64,000 nucleotides of DNA from a virus. The stretch lies in the IMG/VR virus record IMGVR_UViG_3300018875_000004, positions 1 to 64,000 of that record. One strand, 5' to 3'. The translations under genes were made by a program, and so were the position numbers. The notes below the pieces were generated by a model. It did not search any database. It was not told the origin of the DNA and saw only the letters and a list, made by a program, of their open reading frames with translations. Positions 27,097 through 34,644 of this stretch are shown piece after piece. The first letter of the stretch is position 1, and every line of letters starts with the position of its first letter.

Positions 27097-27110
27097 TGTA
27101 ACGTGTTACA
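27097..27110. promoter_or_regulatory. operator palindrome downstream of TATAAT (- strand)
   Basis: TGTAACGTGTTACA. Confidence 0.7.
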
Positions 27111-27162
27111 ATATTAATTATAAACGAGTAAACGGAAGAAAACAAGAGAAAAGCGGAGATAA

Positions 27163-27432
27163 TTAAATATTATCCCCGCTCATTGCCGCTTGTTGCTCAT
27201 TTATGAAGTCTTCGAAGAGTTGCTTATTGCAAGGCATTACATTCTGATAGAACTGTGCCGGCAGAATCAGCTTATCCCCGATCGTAATGTACTTGTCTTT
27301 GTCCTTAATATCCTTGAGTCGTGTTTCCTCGACCAGTGGGAACATGTGAAGCATGCCTTCCTGGTCTACCGTGGCGATACCGGCGATTACGACATGTGGG
27401 TTATAGGTTGGTATTCTGTTCATCTCAGACAT
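27163..27432 (-). CDS. hypothetical protein
   Basis: Overlaps the end of the sigma gene; RBS AGGGGAG. Confidence 0.65.
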   Translation of the reverse strand: MSEMNRIPTYNPHVVIAGIATVDQEGMLHMFPLVEETRLKDIKDKDKYITIGDKLILPAQFYQNVMPCNKQLFEDFINEQQAAMSGDNI

Positions 27433-28196
27433 TTAATTTCTCCCCTTACGCGCTTTTCGCGGAAATGATCTACAATGCGTTTGCGAATGCGATACACTGA
27501 TCGGTGATGCAATCCGTTAATCCTGGATATCTCCCGGTCCGTCATGCCCTCTTCATAAGCCTTGAGCAAGATGAATCGTTCACTGTATGTTAGCTCTTTA
27601 AACAAATCGCTGCCGACCGCGCCGTTGAGCCACAAAACATTATCCAGATCAGTATTCTCGTCGCCTTCGATATTCAGAGGCTCGTAATAATACTTATTCT
27701 CGATAATGCTGTCAATCGGTCGATCTTCCCCCGTGCAATACTCGTCTTTGTAGGAGTATGTTTCAAGCTCCATACTTTCAAACATCCTGTCGTCCACGAA
27801 GCGTTTCAATCGATAGCGGAAGACGCTGTACAGGTAATGGCTGAAGCCGTAGCCCATATCTTTGTACTTCCTGGCTGCTTCCAGCAGCAAGATCATCAGT
27901 TCGTGTTCGATTTCGGTAATGTCATATACGCTAAAAGCGTGTCGAATGTTTCGGATAACTTCTTGGACTTTTTCAATTGTTTCTGGCTCCGAGCTTCCAG
28001 CCTTACATAAGTCCTTGATAATGTCTTGTTCTGAGATGAAACAGGCGATAAATCGCTTAGCATCATAGCTCTTAAAATCCATTTCACCGTAGATGAGAAG
28101 CCGGCTGTACCGCTTGATCAGCTTGGTATATTTGCGGATCAGCGGCGCAGCGTCCTGCTCCTCGGTATATTTACGAAGCGGTTCGTCCTTGCTCAT
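27420..28196 (-). CDS. phage sigma-70-family RNA polymerase sigma factor
   Basis: Region-2-like ELMILLLEAARKY...FSHYL; region-4 HTH LTYSERFIL...GMTDREIS...SVYRIRKR. Confidence 0.8.
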   Translation of the reverse strand: MSKDEPLRKYTEEQDAAPLIRKYTKLIKRYSRLLIYGEMDFKSYDAKRFIACFISEQDIIKDLCKAGSSEPETIEKVQEVIRNIRHAFSVYDITEIEHELMILLLEAARKYKDMGYGFSHYLYSVFRYRLKRFVDDRMFESMELETYSYKDEYCTGEDRPIDSIIENKYYYEPLNIEGDENTDLDNVLWLNGAVGSDLFKELTYSERFILLKAYEEGMTDREISRINGLHHRSVYRIRKRIVDHFREKRVRGEIKCLR

Positions 28197-28761
28197 ATTC
28201 CTTCCTCACGTCCTCCAGATCAATTTCATCGGCCTTCTTATAGATGCGAAGCTCAAAGTACGGGCGAACTTCGGAATCCTTTTCTAAATATTCGAAGTCC
28301 ATAATTCGCGGCAGCGCATAGTTATCGTCTTTGTAGATGACCTTTTCTAAGGCATCCATCATGAGTTTCAGCACATTATGCGTGTCGCGGACATGTTTGT
28401 CTGGAAAGTACGCGTACAGCTCCAGGACGATTTTTTCCTTGTCTGTCATTTCCCATCCGTTGCGGACTGCCCATCCATAAGCAAGTCCCTGCCATTTATC
28501 AAACAGTTGCTGCGCTGCTTTCGTCAGCTTCTTACCACCTTTGCCGGTGTTCAGATAGATGTGATTGACCGAAGGGTAAAATCCCATATCGCCGTTAGCT
28601 TCGACGTGCGTAATCTTCTTCTTTGCCGGTACCAGCTTGCCTTTGGCATTCAGCTTTTTCTTGATGATATATTTCTTGCCTGTTGGATCTTTCGGGTCTT
28701 TCTCCCGCTCGTAATCCATGTAGGAACCGAACATCATCATAGGTAGAATTAATGGTTCCAT
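28171..28761 (-). CDS. rusA: RusA-family Holliday junction resolvase
   Basis: PSVNHIY and RDTHNVLKLMMDAL...YKDD. Confidence 0.85.
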   Translation of the reverse strand: MEPLILPMMMFGSYMDYEREKDPKDPTGKKYIIKKKLNAKGKLVPAKKKITHVEANGDMGFYPSVNHIYLNTGKGGKKLTKAAQQLFDKWQGLAYGWAVRNGWEMTDKEKIVLELYAYFPDKHVRDTHNVLKLMMDALEKVIYKDDNYALPRIMDFEYLEKDSEVRPYFELRIYKKADEIDLEDVRKEYEQGRTAS

Positions 28762-28774
28762 GATCTGCAGCTCC

Positions 28775-29035
28775 TTAGTAGTAGATGATTCGTACATTCG
28801 CGTCGCCGGCAACCAGAACCATCGGCTTGACGATCTCCAGTACGGCTGCATGCTTGTCCGATTCTTTCATCGAAAGAGGGATTAAGACTTTATCGTAACG
28901 GCTGCCACGCATGTTTTCACTCAGCATAGCGATCTTATCGAAGCCTACCACTTCCAAAAAGCTGTGCATGTTTGGAACGCGGTGCTTTGCTTCAACGCCT
29001 TCAACGATCATAAGGATTCGATTATTCTCTGCCAT
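28775..29035 (-). CDS. hypothetical protein
   Basis: TAATG coupling to the upstream gene. Confidence 0.65.
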   Translation of the reverse strand: MAENNRILMIVEGVEAKHRVPNMHSFLEVVGFDKIAMLSENMRGSRYDKVLIPLSMKESDKHAAVLEIVKPMVLVAGDANVRIIYY

Positions 29036-29526
29036 TATTTATTCACCTTCATTTCCATCGTGGGGATGTGCATATACGTGATGATCAGAGCTTCACCGAT
29101 AAAGCGGCCTTGTTCGTCATATCGCTTGCTGTAGTTGAGGTCTCTGCCGGTAAACTGGTCAGGAGACATGCTGTATTCCTGCTGCACATATTTGAGCACA
29201 GTCGCTTCCAGGATTGCATCCCGGGTAATGTTGACCTGATCCTTCATGCGCAGCTCCGGCCAGTCTCCTTCTTCTTCTTCGATGACTTTGTTAATCGCAT
29301 CGCAGTATTCATCGAACGTCAGGCGGCATTCGCGGCCCAGTTCATCGAAGCGCTCTGGCTCCAGAATGAAGTCGATGTTGGTAATCCCATGCTCCGACTT
29401 GCGTACCATCGTGACGATCTTATCATTTTCCTTCACTTCCTCCTGCTGGCTTTCCAGGGCGAAGTTCCGTTTGGGTCCGATTCTCATTTTCCTTGATGTC
29501 TCCTTTCTTAGGTGCCAGGTCTTCAC
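29035..29526 (-). CDS. hypothetical protein
   Basis: Likely start near 29487 behind AAGGAG. Confidence 0.65.
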   Translation of the reverse strand: MKTWHLRKETSRKMRIGPKRNFALESQQEEVKENDKIVTMVRKSEHGITNIDFILEPERFDELGRECRLTFDEYCDAINKVIEEEEGDWPELRMKDQVNITRDAILEATVLKYVQQEYSMSPDQFTGRDLNYSKRYDEQGRFIGEALIITYMHIPTMEMKVNK

Positions 29527-29625
29527 TCAGTACACCGCGTCCAATATCTTCAATAATCCGGATTTGTTTCATGTTTTCACCACCGTTCTCTAGTAAAGTC
29601 TTTATATCTTTCATTTACTCGATAA

Positions 29626-29650
29626 TGTAATGCGTTACAAACACATTATA
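29626..29650 (-). promoter_or_regulatory. -10 box plus operator
   Basis: TGT-TATAAT-N5-TGTAACGCATTACA on the - strand. Confidence 0.7.
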
Positions 29651-29696
29651 ACACAAATTTACCATAAAAAAAGAGGGGATTTTTATCCCCTCAAAT

Positions 29697-30593
29697 TTAG
29701 CTGATCAGCTTATGAAGATCGATCAACCCATCACCTGTATACGCATCGCGTCCAGGGGTTGCCAGATCCTCGCAAGATACCGCCAGCTTGGCATGGAGTT
29801 CTTCTAGTGTAGGACGTGGTAAGCCATTTGCCTTACAGAATCCAAGATACAAGGCAGCACACCCGGCAATAATGGGCGTTGCCATGCTCGTTCCAGAAAG
29901 TTTGGCATAACCTCCGTCCTTATACGTAGATAGAATATCCACGCCAGGTGCCATAATTTCATTTTTAATTCCATAATTGCTGAAGTTTGCTCTCTCCTTG
30001 CCGGGAGTCATAGCGGATACAGCGATTACTTCGTCGTACATGGCCGGCCAGCCTACGCCGGTGTTCTCATTGCCGGTTGCCGCAACAATGATAATGCCTG
30101 CTGCAGCAGCGTCCTTGATGGCTTCGTGCATTTCCTGCGGCGGCTCTGCGGCACATCCGAGACTCATATTGATGACGTCTACACCGAGATTGATTGCCCA
30201 GCGGATGCCGTCGATGATGGCCTGGAAGCTGCCTGTGCCGCGATCCCCAAGCACTTTGGCTGCGTACAGTTCTGCGTTCGGCGCGATACCAATGACGCCT
30301 TCGCCATTGTCAGCCGCCGCAATGATTCCGGCAACGTGCGTTCCGTGTCCTTGCTTATCTTCCGGACCGTATGGCGAACGGGTAAAGTCCGCATAGGCTT
30401 TCAGATTCGGCAGCAGATCGGGATGATCGCGGTCAATACCGGTATCAAGAATGGCGACTTTGATACCTTGACCGGTGGTTTTATCCCATACACATGGCGC
30501 ATGTGCGGCTTCAATGCCCCAGTCGATAATGTCCTTGCGCGCATCAGCGCCAAGCGAGTGGATCAGCTTGTGATCCGGGTGGGTGATTTCCAT
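29697..30593 (-). CDS. S8 subtilisin-family serine protease without signal peptide (Isp-like)
   Basis: Catalytic triad LDTG, HGTHVAG, GTSMATP; NMSLG, AATGN. Confidence 0.95.
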   Translation of the reverse strand: MEITHPDHKLIHSLGADARKDIIDWGIEAAHAPCVWDKTTGQGIKVAILDTGIDRDHPDLLPNLKAYADFTRSPYGPEDKQGHGTHVAGIIAAADNGEGVIGIAPNAELYAAKVLGDRGTGSFQAIIDGIRWAINLGVDVINMSLGCAAEPPQEMHEAIKDAAAAGIIIVAATGNENTGVGWPAMYDEVIAVSAMTPGKERANFSNYGIKNEIMAPGVDILSTYKDGGYAKLSGTSMATPIIAGCAALYLGFCKANGLPRPTLEELHAKLAVSCEDLATPGRDAYTGDGLIDLHKLIS

Positions 30594-30639
30594 GGATTCC
30601 TCCTGAATTTTTCACCCTGTATCCTCTCTATTCCCATAT

Positions 30640-30653
30640 TGTAACACGTTACA
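30640..30653. promoter_or_regulatory. operator palindrome upstream of the subtilase
   Basis: TGTAACACGTTACA. Confidence 0.7.
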
Positions 30654-30655
30654 TT

Positions 30656-31033
30656 TTAGTTTGCAGCATTTTCTGCCATATTAAATAGGTCTTGCTCTTC
30701 CATAGCCGCAGCAATCGAACCGACCATGCGGATGTGCTGACCTTCCGGAATAGCTTTGTATACGCCGCATGTCTTGCCGCTGATTGTGCATGTGCGTTTT
30801 TCTTCGATAAAGACGCGGTAGCCTTTGACCAGCTCATTCAAGCGAGGGTGTACAAAGTTGCGGTCCCAGCCTGGGATCAGACCGGCATTGTACATTTCAG
30901 AAGCCAACTCGTTTGCTGTCAGGCCTTCTTCGTAGTTAGACAGAAACTCGTATACGTTATTTTGACGAGACTCGATAGACAGCTGAATTTGATTGAAGGA
31001 TGCTCTGCGTGTTTCTGTTGTAATATTTGTCAT
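30656..31033 (-). CDS. winged-helix DNA-binding protein with C-terminal EQDLF motif
   Basis: GLTANELA...VHPRLNELV...CTISGK. Confidence 0.75.
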   Translation of the reverse strand: MTNITTETRRASFNQIQLSIESRQNNVYEFLSNYEEGLTANELASEMYNAGLIPGWDRNFVHPRLNELVKGYRVFIEEKRTCTISGKTCGVYKAIPEGQHIRMVGSIAAAMEEQDLFNMAENAAN

Positions 31034-31062
31034 GGAAAAAACTCTCCTTTAGGTTTGGTTTA

Positions 31063-31272
31063 TTAAGAAAGTAGATTTGCGACAGAATAGATAATGCCTG
31101 TGGCGGCTACCAGGAATCCGAAAAAGATCGTGTAGATCAGCCAAGGCGGTGTGCGGTGAAAATCTATGTCTTCACTGGAAAACTGATCCGGTCGTCCTTC
31201 ATACAGAATGCGTGGCAGCGGTGACGTGGGCGGCGGGGCAGATTGGGTTTGATAGATCCGCATCAGCTCCAT
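31063..31272 (-). CDS. small membrane protein, MELxxxY N-terminus
   Basis: MELMRIY from ATG 31272 (TAATG coupling, GGAG RBS); C-terminal TM helix. Confidence 0.7.
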   Translation of the reverse strand: MELMRIYQTQSAPPPTSPLPRILYEGRPDQFSSEDIDFHRTPPWLIYTIFFGFLVAATGIIYSVANLLS

Positions 31273-32015
31273 TATCGCCACTCCATGCAGTAGTTTTGTG
31301 CCGGGCAGTTATCACAGTGGAAACCTTCCCGGGGATAATACCAACCTTCATCCATGGCTTTCTTCATCATCCTGGCTGACTTATACAGCCGCTGGTAGTC
31401 TTTCTTCTTACGATCGACGTAAATGGACTGCGAGGTCTTCAGGTGGTGAAGGACGAACGTATCGACCTCCTTTTTGTACATGGAATGGAATGCCAACGCC
31501 TGCAGGGTAATCCCCATATCTGTTCGCTGGTAAAAGTCAGTTGGCCGCTGCGCACGCGTCATGAAATTGACGATCTCATGCTTGCCGCCAGCTGCTTCCC
31601 GGATGACGGGGATGCGGCCGATGATATGGAAGTCCGTATCCATCCGCAGCCGGAAATCTACGTTGACTCCGATCGTCTTATCCGGATTGTATTGCTGCTG
31701 CCGGTGGAAGAGGGCCAGCATCCCGAAGGCTTCCAGCTCTTTCTTCCGCTGACTTTGCTTCTGGTCAAATTTGATATTGAACACTTTGTCTTTGTCATAC
31801 CAAAGACTCGTGAATTTATCCTTCAGCTGCTCCAGCGTCAGGAATCTGCCCTCATGCAAGTTCACGTAGTAATAGCTGATGGTCGCCTGCAGGACTTGCC
31901 GGAGTCCTTTGCTCTCCTCCGTTTTCAGCCGCGGCAGCTTATCGATCTTCGTAAACTTGTATTGAAGTGGGCAGGTTTTAAAGTCGTACAGCTCCTCAAT
32001 GGTAATCTCCATCAT
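31272..32015 (-). CDS. PD-(D/E)XK/AddB-like fold, catalytic residues degenerate
   Basis: CPLQY and CDNC-x5-C retained; GRIP and IVNFMT in place of GRID and IxDYKT. Confidence 0.75.
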   Translation of the reverse strand: MMEITIEELYDFKTCPLQYKFTKIDKLPRLKTEESKGLRQVLQATISYYYVNLHEGRFLTLEQLKDKFTSLWYDKDKVFNIKFDQKQSQRKKELEAFGMLALFHRQQQYNPDKTIGVNVDFRLRMDTDFHIIGRIPVIREAAGGKHEIVNFMTRAQRPTDFYQRTDMGITLQALAFHSMYKKEVDTFVLHHLKTSQSIYVDRKKKDYQRLYKSARMMKKAMDEGWYYPREGFHCDNCPAQNYCMEWR

Positions 32016-32317
32016 GGCATCAACCTTTCTACACCCACAGATTCGTTATTCTTATTCATGAAGCTCCACATCACGCGATAGTCGCCTTTGATGGTAATCA
32101 TCACGACAACTTCCAGGCGAAGCGACGGGTCAATAAGATCGCCCAGTTTCTCGCCTACTGCATCTGCGACCCGTCTATTAATGATATTGATGTTCTCGAT
32201 CGTCAACATTAGGTTCTCCATATCGTTGACGATCGACATCGTAATATCGGTAATCATTCGGTCGATTTCTTTATGATTCAGGATGGTTTGTTTCAGATAT
32301 TCCCGTAAAAGTTCCAT
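32012..32317 (-). CDS. hypothetical protein, MELxxxY N-terminus
   Basis: MELLREY; RBS GGGGAG. Confidence 0.75.
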   Translation of the reverse strand: MELLREYLKQTILNHKEIDRMITDITMSIVNDMENLMLTIENINIINRRVADAVGEKLGDLIDPSLRLEVVVMITIKGDYRVMWSFMNKNNESVGVERLMP

Positions 32318-32661
32318 GGCGCATGCTCTCCCCTGTTGTCTGATTGCATGGCTTGCATCATGATCCGCTCGATATCCGCCGCCATACGCGCCCTGGTGGC
32401 TTCGTCGTTTGGCATGCCGATATAGCTTTCCATTCTTTCATAGAGCCTTCGCTCGGCTTGGCTGCGTATGACGTCCGGAAATTCAGCATGGACGGAGGTT
32501 TCGGAAGATGGAGCGGCCATCACTTCACTGCTGAAATAAGACGCGCGCTGCGGAGCTTTGGGCTGTCTTTCGCCAAATATCCCTCGTTCACGTAATCTGG
32601 CGAGTGCGCTTTTCGCACTCTGTTGTGTGGTTTTTTCCTGATAGATTTGCATGAGTTCCAC
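32293..32661 (-). CDS. hypothetical protein, MELxxxY N-terminus
   Basis: GTG start 32661 behind GGGGG gives MELMQIY. Confidence 0.7.
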   Translation of the reverse strand: MELMQIYQEKTTQQSAKSALARLRERGIFGERQPKAPQRASYFSSEVMAAPSSETSVHAEFPDVIRSQAERRLYERMESYIGMPNDEATRARMAADIERIMMQAMQSDNRGEHAPWNFYGNI

Positions 32662-32761
32662 GCTGTTCAACCCCCAATGCTGCGCGATACGCATCGGCTA
32701 ATCTGCTGATGCTGTACGGCGGATTCTGTATCTTGCGATTATATTGCTCTATGAGTTCCAT
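32588..32761 (-). CDS. 57-aa protein, MELxxxY N-terminus (not in ORF track)
   Basis: MELIEQYNRKIQNPPYSISRLADAYRAALG...; weak RBS, overlaps both neighbours. Confidence 0.5.
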   Translation of the reverse strand: MELIEQYNRKIQNPPYSISRLADAYRAALGVEQRGTHANLSGKNHTTECEKRTRQIT

Positions 32762-32909
32762 GGCTTTTGCTCTTCAATAGTCGGATGGCACTTTCCAGCT
32801 CACCGATACGCTGGTTCATGTTGTAGCTGGTTTTCATTCGGTGCTTTTTCATAAGGCGGAGGATTCTGACTTTTTCTTCAAGGTGGCGGATCGCGTTGTT
32901 ATATTCCAT
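32739..32909 (-). CDS. 56-aa basic protein (not in ORF track)
   Basis: MEYNNAIRHLEEKVRILRLMKK...; fills the gap in the operon. Confidence 0.5.
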   Translation of the reverse strand: MEYNNAIRHLEEKVRILRLMKKHRMKTSYNMNQRIGELESAIRLLKSKSHGTHRAI

Positions 32910-32942
32910 GACCTATACCTATATGTAACCAAGAAGGCAGGC

Positions 32943-33383
32943 TTATGCCCCCTTCTGGTTCTCACTTTCTTTGCGCTGGCGCTCAATGGCAGCCTGCAGC
33001 TTTGGATATGGGTCTTCCCAGCCTTCCGGCTTCTTCACCTTGCCGTCTTCTTTGTAGTGCGGTTTGCCGTCTGGCCACAGCTTGGACATGTTCGCATGCT
33101 GCACGATATTCATCAGCTCCTGCGGTTTCACGCCCATTTCGACGAGTGTGCCGATGGCGAAGTAGATGGTATCGATCATCGCGTCTGCTTGGTCTACCAC
33201 GTTGTCGGAGTCCAGGAACTCCTGTACTTCTTCCTTGATCCAGTTCATACGCTTCTCTGCGCGCTCTGGCGTGATCAGAGTTGGCGTATCTTGATAAGGA
33301 TGGTTGAATGCTTTCTGGAAAGCTTTCACCTGCTCATATGCGTAGTCAAGGCCTTTGCCTTCATACTGTTTCATCAGTTCCAT
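32943..33383 (-). CDS. MazG-like (PRA-PH family) NTP pyrophosphohydrolase with MELxxxY extension
   Basis: VKAFQKAF.HP, IKEEVQEF, ADAMID, ANMSK, DGKVKKPEGW. Confidence 0.88.
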   Translation of the reverse strand: MELMKQYEGKGLDYAYEQVKAFQKAFNHPYQDTPTLITPERAEKRMNWIKEEVQEFLDSDNVVDQADAMIDTIYFAIGTLVEMGVKPQELMNIVQHANMSKLWPDGKPHYKEDGKVKKPEGWEDPYPKLQAAIERQRKESENQKGA

Positions 33384-33384
33384 G

Positions 33385-33594
33385 TCATTTATTCCCCTTT
33401 GGTCTCTTATTGTATTTTTCTTGTACGAATTGGAAGAATGCAGTTTGAATTTTGAGCATCTGAAGTCCGGTCATAAATAGATAGGCCCATACGTTGTAGA
33501 GGAGCCAGACCAGCCCGGCAACAATCAATGCTGCTCCCAGGGCTGCTGTAGTGTACAGAAACCATTGCAAAATGATAGCGGGTACCTCTGGCAT
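33385..33594 (-). CDS. small membrane protein
   Basis: RBS AAGGAGG; hydrophobic. Confidence 0.7.
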   Translation of the reverse strand: MPEVPAIILQWFLYTTAALGAALIVAGLVWLLYNVWAYLFMTGLQMLKIQTAFFQFVQEKYNKRPKGNK

Positions 33595-33605
33595 CGTAAT
33601 CCTCC

Positions 33606-34625
33606 TTAGCGGATGCGTCCTCTTTCAAAACGTGCTTTCATACGAGCGATCGATTCATCGGTTACTTCGGTTACGTTCAGGGCTTTGTTGTAGAAGCCCT
33701 TCTGGCTGAAGAAGTCATGTGTGATGTGTGTTGCATTGTCACCGGTACCGTTCAGCACCAGGGAGTTGATCGGCTCTTCTTCGAACATTGGATCAAAGCC
33801 CAGGTTCATGAGTGCGCGGTTTGCGTTGTAACGGACGTATGCTTTTACCTGTTCAACCAGTGGCTTCTCGCCTTCCGGCAGCAGGATGTTGTTGTACAGC
33901 TCTTCGGTGTAATTCATTTCTACTTCGTGCAGCTGGCGAAGCAGTGCGTAGGTTTTCTTCTTCACGCGCTCCTGCTGCTGCTTGTCCATCATGTTGTAGA
34001 GTTCCTGTGCCAGCACACCGATGTACAGGCCGTGAACGGCTTCGTCACGCAGGATTGCGCCGATGATTTCGCCCGAGCTGGTCATAAGCCCCTGCCCTTG
34101 CATATAAACCGGCAGGAAGAATCCAGAGTAGAATTGATAGGATTCCAGGAATACGGATGCCACACGCTGCATGAATTGATCTTCGAGTGTATTCGCCACC
34201 GCATAGTAGGAGCTGATGATGTTTACCTTCTCGTTCAGGATCGGGTGATTGGTTGCCCAATCGTCCAGTAGGTAGTTCACGTAATTACTGTCGGTAATAA
34301 CCGTTGTAAAGATTGTGGAGTATGATTTCGCATGAACATGCTCCATCATTTGCATAAAGCTCAGCGTGGATTTACGCTGCAGCTTCTTCTCCGTTGCGTT
34401 GATCGCCGGCAGCCCGACATTCCCCTGCAGAGTATCCAGACCGGTCAGACCAGCGAGAGCTTTGGAATAGCCCTCCTGGAACATGGGATGCAAGTTCTCA
34501 TAAACCTGCTTATCGTCAGAAGGAACGTGTTCTTCATCGCTCCACATCTGTGTCATATTTTGAGTCCAGATGCGCGGGGTAAACGCATCATCCGGACGAT
34601 TCCAGTTCACTACATCAATTGCCAT
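33606..34625 (-). CDS. nrdF: class Ib ribonucleotide reductase beta subunit
   Basis: LTGLDTLQ, MEHVHAKSYS, FLES..FYSGF, RDEAVHG, HDFFS; metal ligands and radical Tyr present. Confidence 0.96.
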   Translation of the reverse strand: MAIDVVNWNRPDDAFTPRIWTQNMTQMWSDEEHVPSDDKQVYENLHPMFQEGYSKALAGLTGLDTLQGNVGLPAINATEKKLQRKSTLSFMQMMEHVHAKSYSTIFTTVITDSNYVNYLLDDWATNHPILNEKVNIISSYYAVANTLEDQFMQRVASVFLESYQFYSGFFLPVYMQGQGLMTSSGEIIGAILRDEAVHGLYIGVLAQELYNMMDKQQQERVKKKTYALLRQLHEVEMNYTEELYNNILLPEGEKPLVEQVKAYVRYNANRALMNLGFDPMFEEEPINSLVLNGTGDNATHITHDFFSQKGFYNKALNVTEVTDESIARMKARFERGRIR

Positions 34626-34644
34626 CTCTTTTTATCCTCCCGTA

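Noticed and set aside
33606-34625. NrdF as a metal-free class Ie variant
   Set aside because: All carboxylate and His metal ligands are present; ordinary class Ib
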